From Eledone cirrhosa (Eukaryota), in contig OZ024744.1 of the NCBI GenBank assembly GCA_964016885.1, forward strand, positions 67,518,001 through 67,582,000: 64,000 bases of DNA. The letters are read 5' to 3'. How positions within the stretch are numbered: position 1 is the stretch's first letter; each line of letters opens with the position of its first letter. The notes beneath the pieces are model-generated. The model had not been told where the DNA came from, did no database searches, and saw nothing but the letters and a program-made list of their open reading frames with translations. The position numbers were made by a program, and so were the translations under genes. Positions 57,524-64,000 of the stretch are shown one piece after another.

Positions 57524-60500
57524 TACATATATATATATGTTTGTGTAAACATATATATCATCATCATCATCATCACCGTTTTACGTCCATTCTTCCATGC
57601 TAGCATGGGTTAGACGGGTTGTCCTGTTGTGGGCAATGTCCGGTCGGCTGACCATGTCTTGCTCATACGGGAACTGCTTCTGGCTTGATTTCTACAGCTG
57701 GATGCCCTTCCTAACACCAACCTCATTTACAGTGAGTGCTGGGTGCATGTATATATACATGTATATATGTTTGTGTAAACATATATATATACATATATTC
57801 ATGTATATATGTTTGTGTAAACAATCTATTTTTAAAGCCATTGAGTGATAGGAAGTTTTGAATTTGAAAGTTAGAAGAATCAATGTTGTTTGCCTGGGAA
57901 AAGTAGCCTAATAAATTTGGGCAAATAAACACTGGAGATGTTGAACAGATTTTTTTTCTTCTTAGGAGTTGATATGCCCAACTTCGTAGTCAAACAATCA
58001 GCAAGACTCTGGAAATCTGTGTTTTATATTATTTTGGTATTAATTTTTCTCTCAAAAATGTGCCAGGGCTTATTTTCAGGGTAGGGCTTATATTGGACAG
58101 CAACATCAAAATCATTCTGGGGCTTATTTTTGGAATAGGTCTTATAATAGGGGAAACATTCTAAATGATAAGTCTTCAGACCACTGGAGCAACATGAAAT
58201 AAAGTGTCTTGCTCAAGGACACAGTGCACCACCTAGTCCAGGAATGGAACTCATGATTTTTTTATGATACCACCCAATAAGCTACAGGCCCTCACAAAAA
58301 TAAATAGCAATTAAATCTCCCACAAATTACATTCTACTGTCTTTAGGAAAGAAAAATAACGTATTGGATAATGTAGTCTATGATATACTATCTTGTAGAG
58401 GTAAAGGACAAGTTTGTATATATTTACAATGTGTTTTATCATAGGTCAGTTTGATCTAGCTAATCAATCTGAATGTGTTCATTAATTGTCTCTTTTTTTC
58501 TTTTACTATTTAGTCAGGGAGGTAACACAGTGCCTTTGACTCAATATATATTTTTTCAGGTATTCTGAGAATAGTGGAAAGAATGGGAGAAAGTAACCAT
58601 CAAACCAGTGACCTCATCAGCCCATATGCTTAACTATGACATAGTGAACACTGCTAAATTCAACTAATGACTGCAAAATAATGCTAAACAGTGACAGTTT
58701 AAGTCTTACTTATTTAGACTTAGGCCATACTGAACTAGGTAGTGTCACTGAGCAGAAGTCTTCCAGTCTTCTTCCAAATGCACTTGATCCACTGCTGCTC
58801 TTTTACATCATCCGTTCCAGGTGATGTTGACAGCTTCCAGATATTCAGATTGTCTTGGAATGTTAGTTGCCAGGTGATCTTCAGTCAGACTCATTTCCCT
58901 TCTGCCTCCTGGACTCCAAGACATTGCCATGTTTTTTTGAATACCTGTAATTGAGAAGGTGGAGAATGTGGCTAGTCATTCAGAACCATCACTTACTCAT
59001 TATCTCTAGCAGTGGTTGTGACTATGTTCTCCCCATGATCTCTCATTTGTAATCTGGTCTCGCCAGATGACCTGCAAAACCTTTCTGCACCACATTTGAA
59101 TTCGGAACAAATGCAGCATGACATTCTGTTCAATGCTTAAAAAAATGTTTGCCAATCCACATTGTTGAACTGGTATTTTATTTTGTGAGTGAATAATAAT
59201 ATAATAATAATTGTTTCTACTATTGGCACAAGGCCAGCAATTACCCAGTGCATTACTGGTTCTTTATTTTATCGACCCCGTAAGGATGAAAGGCAAAGTT
59301 GACCACAGCGGGGTTTGAACTCAGAATGGCAAGGGCCGTAACTCTATGCGTCAAAGCATTATTATCATATTATCAATATCTAGGCTGTTTACAAGTAAAC
59401 AGCCTCATAAACACCACGTGGTAGATGACAACGTCATTCTTTTGTTCCAACAACAAATTGTATTTACAAAGGCCTTTTCTGTTTTAATTTTTAAGAATAT
59501 TTTTTTTTTTTGTATGTTATATTTTCTCCATTTTATTTATCTAACACGTGGTGTTTATGAGGCTGTTTACTTGTAAACAAACCGAATATTAATAATTGTT
59601 TCTATGTTCGGCACAAGACCAGCAATTATCCCAGTACATTACTGGTACTTTATTTTATCGACCCCCGTAAGGATGAAAGGCAAAGTTAACCTCGGCGGGA
59701 TTTGAACTCAGAATGGCAAGGGCCGTAACTCTATACGTCAAAGCATGGTATCTGACCCTCTACCGATACTACCAATCCACTGCCCTATTAATATTAATAA
59801 TATTGTATTATTGCTGGATTGGCAGTATCGGTAGAGAGTTGGACGCCATGCTTTGACGCATAGAGTTACGGCCCTTGCCATTCTGAGTTCAAATCCCGTC
59901 GAGGTTAACTTTGTCTTTCATCTTTACGGGGTCGATAAAATAAAGTACCAGTAATGTACTGGTTAATTGCTGGCCTTGTGCCAAAAGTAGAAACAATTAT
60001 TATAAAATTATTATTATTCACTCATGAATACATTTAAGAGTGAAAATAAATTTTATTTTATTTCATTTACCCCAAAAGGTTGAAAGACAAAATTGATACC
60101 AGTGAGATTTGAACTTAGTGTGCAAAACGCCATGATGAATATTGCAATGTCCTAAGCTTTAATGATTCTGCCAATTGTCCCAATGACTGTAACTTTCTCT
60201 GATCAATTGACAAAATCACAGACCTGATTCGCTTGCTGAGTGGAGTGGACTCCATCAAATTGGAGCAAGAAAATTTTTGTTTCCATTGGTCTTTCCGTTG
60301 CTGATACTATCTACCGGTGACAACTTCTGGCAGGAGCAACGCGAAATAAAGTGACTTGCTCAAGGACACAATGCATCACCTAGTCCGAGAATTGAACTCG
60401 CAACCTCACGATTGTGGATCCAAATTTCTAACCAACAAGCTATGCATCTTCACTGTAACAGTAGTCTATAATAGAAGCATATATAGAAATACGCGAACAG

Positions 60501-60917
60501 CAAAGCATAAACAAATTGAGAGAGAGACTGAACATAAGAGGAATCAAATGCTGCGTGCAGGAGAGGAGGTTGCATTGGTATGGATATGTGATGCGTATGA
60601 AGGATGACATATACAATATAAAACATACATAAGTCTCACTATGAATATTTTAAGATGTGATCATGTCATACCTACCTAAGTAGCCATGTGAGAATACCAG
60701 ACAACTCTAGTGTTTTATGATTTATATCCATCTTCAGTGATGTTTATTCACTCAGTACTGAGCCATTAATATAAGCCATTAATTATATATATTTTTGGCA
60801 ATATATGAAACAACTGCTGGCTCATTTGTACACAGTGTGAACTTGATGGGCTGGTATCAATTAACAGTAGCACTAACATAGCGAGGTTCATAATGGAGTT
60901 ATATATATGAAAGAATC

Positions 60918-61200
60918 TCATCATCATCATCATCATCACCGTTTTACGTCCGTTCTTCCACGCTAGCATGGGTTAGACGGGTTGTCCTGTTGTGGGCAGT
61001 GTCTGGTCGGCTGACCATGCCTTGCTCATACAGGAACTGATCTGGCTTGATTTCTACAGCTGGATGCCCTTCCTAACACCAACCTCATTTACAGTGAGTG
61101 CTGGGTGCTTTTTCGTGGCGCCTACACGTCCACTTTACAGTGTGGGCTGGGTGCTTTTTTGCCGTGGCACCTCCACGACCACCTTGCGGTGGGGGGGGGG
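60918..61200 (-). mobile_element. RTE 3'-UTR-derived repeat (also 57557-57745- and 62830-63258+), with ~46-bp CCCAGTCCACACTGTAA tandem units
   Basis: (GAT)n tail and blocks shared with 57050-57385. Confidence 0.75.
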
Positions 61201-63534
61201 GGCATATTGTTTATATGCTTCAGCATGTACCCATGGGAGGTCGGGTACCCTGTATTACTGCGTGACGCCAGAAGTCACGGTCGTGTATATAAATTTCTGC
61301 GATTCTATCATAACATGTAAAGAGGGAGAAGTAGTTTGACTACCTCATACTACTCCTCACTCTTTACATCTGCTGCTTACATGAATGTATGTGTGTGCAA
61401 AAGGAAGGAAGGGGATGGTGAAAAAACTAGGTTGTGTGTGAGTGTATGTGTATGTGTGTGTGTGTGTGTGTGTTTGTGTATATGTATGTGTATGTGTTTG
61501 TGTAAATGTATGTGTGTGTGTGTGTGTGTTTGTGTGAATGTGTGTGTGTGTGTGTGTTTGTGTGAATGTATGATTGTGTATTTTTGTAAGTGTGTCTTTA
61601 TATTTATGTACTCATACATATAAATGTATTGCATATGCATATACAAACACTTATACACATACGTCAGCGTACGGAAAAAAATTCTAGTACACAATATGTT
61701 TTCGATTGAATCATGCTATGGTAGTGCTAATAAATAGTCTATTATACAACTTTTTCTATATAGTATTCACACAAGGCCTGTATTTGTGGTGAGGAGAAAG
61801 TCAGCTATGTCAAACCAGTATTTGACTGCTACTTTATTTTATCCATGTCTGAAAGGATTAAAAGGAAAGTTGACCTAGCAATGTAAAGATTTAAACTCAG
61901 GACAAATGCCACAAAGCATAGAAAACGTAAACTATTACTCAATGTAGGAGCAGCTATATGGTCACTTGAACTGCATGAAATAGCAATAAAATCTCCCTTA
62001 ACCCTTTAGCTGTTTAGCATTTAAACCAGCCGTACCCAGCCAGAATTCTTTCACCTCTTTCTGTTCAAACCAGCTGTAACTAGCTACTCATACTGATGCT
62101 AAGGTATTGTTCTCAAAGTAAATAATATCAAAATCTCATAGATTCAATAGATTCAATATTATGTGAGATAAAGCCTTTACCATGAAAATACAATAGTATA
62201 TATAGAGTAATGTAAATGATAAAGGGTTAACATTTAAACAAGCCCTTTCTGGCCACAATTCTCTCATGTTTTTTCTTTTCAAACTGACCATAATTAGCCA
62301 CTCATACTTATGTTAAGGTATTGTTCTCAAAATAAATAATATCAAAATCTCATAGATTCGATATTATGTGCGATAATTGTGTGAGATAAAGCCTTTACAA
62401 TAAAAATACAATAGTATATATAGAGTAATGTAAATTCTAAATCTCCCTTAAATCACAACCACTTTCTTAAAAAAAATGTAGTCCTAGAAAAAGCATGTCT
62501 GGAAAAAAATTAAGGGGATGGTCATGGGTGTCTGTGTTTGCTTGTGACAATGCTCTAATGATTCTGCCAATCCACTGCCTTTCATATGGTCAAAATAAAA
62601 GACTTTCAGGTATATTAGATATTATAGCAGACATGGGACTAGGTGATAAAAGTTGATCTCACCCAATTGCACCTCTCAAAGACGATGGCACAGGACGGAA
62701 ATCTCTGGTGTTACGCAGAAATACAGATGACCCAAATTCGCACGTGTACAGGCCGTACCTGAAGCATATATATGGTATGCACCACCCCACCCACTCCCAT
62801 ACATTTCCCATGAGGACAGGCTGAAGTTACATCCAGTGAAGCCTCTAGCCCACACTGTAAAGTGATCGTGTTGGCGACACGACAAAAAGTGCTCTACTTA
62901 CACTGTAAAGTAGTTGTGTAGGTGTCATGGCAAAAAGCACCCAGTCCACACTGTAAAACGGCCATGTAGGTGATATGAGAAAAAGCACCCACAGTCCACA
63001 CTGTAAAGTGGTCGTGTATGGCAAAAGCACCCAGTCCACACTGTTAAGTGGTTGTGTAGGCGTCATGGCAAAAAGCACCCAGGGCTCACTGTAACTGAGG
63101 TTGGCGTTAGGAAGAGCATCCAGCTGTAGAAATCAAGCCAAAATCAGTTCTGTATGAGTAAGACATGGTCACCTGACCTGACATTGCTTACAATGGGATA
63201 ACTCGTGTAACCGATGCCAGCATGGAAGAATTGATGTTAAATGGTGATGATGATGATGCGAGTTGCATGCAAGTTGCATGCAGCCCGTTTGGCTTTCTGA
63301 TTGGCATGTCTTATTTCAAAATTGCCTTGAATTATTTAGTAATGCAACACGTCTTATGATTAACCACATCCTAAACAGCCCACTGTCAGAAAAGAACTGC
63401 CTATACCTGCTTTATAGTTTTAGTTGAGTAACAAGAGTGTGATGAGTTTCTGGTTTTGTGTCCTGAAATTATATCAGATTATTTCAGCCCAACAGAAAAA
63501 TATATTTTGTGGGGATTATATTTTTGTGTGTGCA

Positions 63535-63569
<35 letters not shown>

Positions 63570-64000
63570 ATCTGTGTGTGTGTGTGTGTGTGTGTTAGTG
63601 TGTATGTGTTATATCTCTGTCTGTGCGTCTGTGTACATGTGTGTATGTGTTAATGTGTCTGTCTGTGTGGGTGGGTGTTTGTGTGCATATGTGTCAGTGT
63701 GGTGTGTGTATGTGCTAGTGTGTGTGTATATATGTTTGTGTCTGCCTATTTGTGTGTAAGGCTGAAATCTAAGTGAGACAGGTATGTCCTTCCTGTTGCA
63801 TGTAGTTTAGAGGTGATTGCAAGTGTGCAAGTACTGTGTGAAAGAAAACAGGGCGGAAGCAAGAACTGTGCATTGTAGAACAACTAAATTGTTAGTATGA
63901 CAAGGATGACTTGATAGCATGCATCATCCTTTTGGCTAATGGTTAAAGGTGCTTGTATTGTCACAAGCAAACACAGACACCCATGACCACCCCCTTGTTT

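Overview
This is AT-rich, microsatellite-dense animal DNA. The SINE, RTE and microsatellite landscape looks cephalopod (octopus-like), which is an inference. I see no host protein-coding gene; almost everything is mobile DNA. Autonomous-type elements, all disrupted, are a near full-length L1/Tx1-type LINE (41.76-47.58 kb) with a 3' relative at 1-1031, two R4/Dong-type RLE LINEs inserted in (CATA)n, a Helitron/Helentron RepHel element carrying a nested Vingi-like LINE, and RTE fragments. There are also many tRNA-derived SINEs and several MITEs. The most striking structure is at least nine fold-back (near-perfect palindromic) non-coding elements, mostly inserted in (TA)n tracts. Most carry a minimal type I hammerhead ribozyme with a palindromic helix III, as in Penelope-like element (PLE) pseudo-LTRs. 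Several otherwise unrelated ones share a one-sided tail with an ACTC...GAGTRCT hairpin a few bases outside the palindrome. One is a ~323-nt tandem, retrozyme-like unit. Another has no hammerhead and is a head-to-head pair of tRNA-like cloverleaves folded back almost exactly at tRNA position 1. All motifs were read by eye; no database search or folding program was run.
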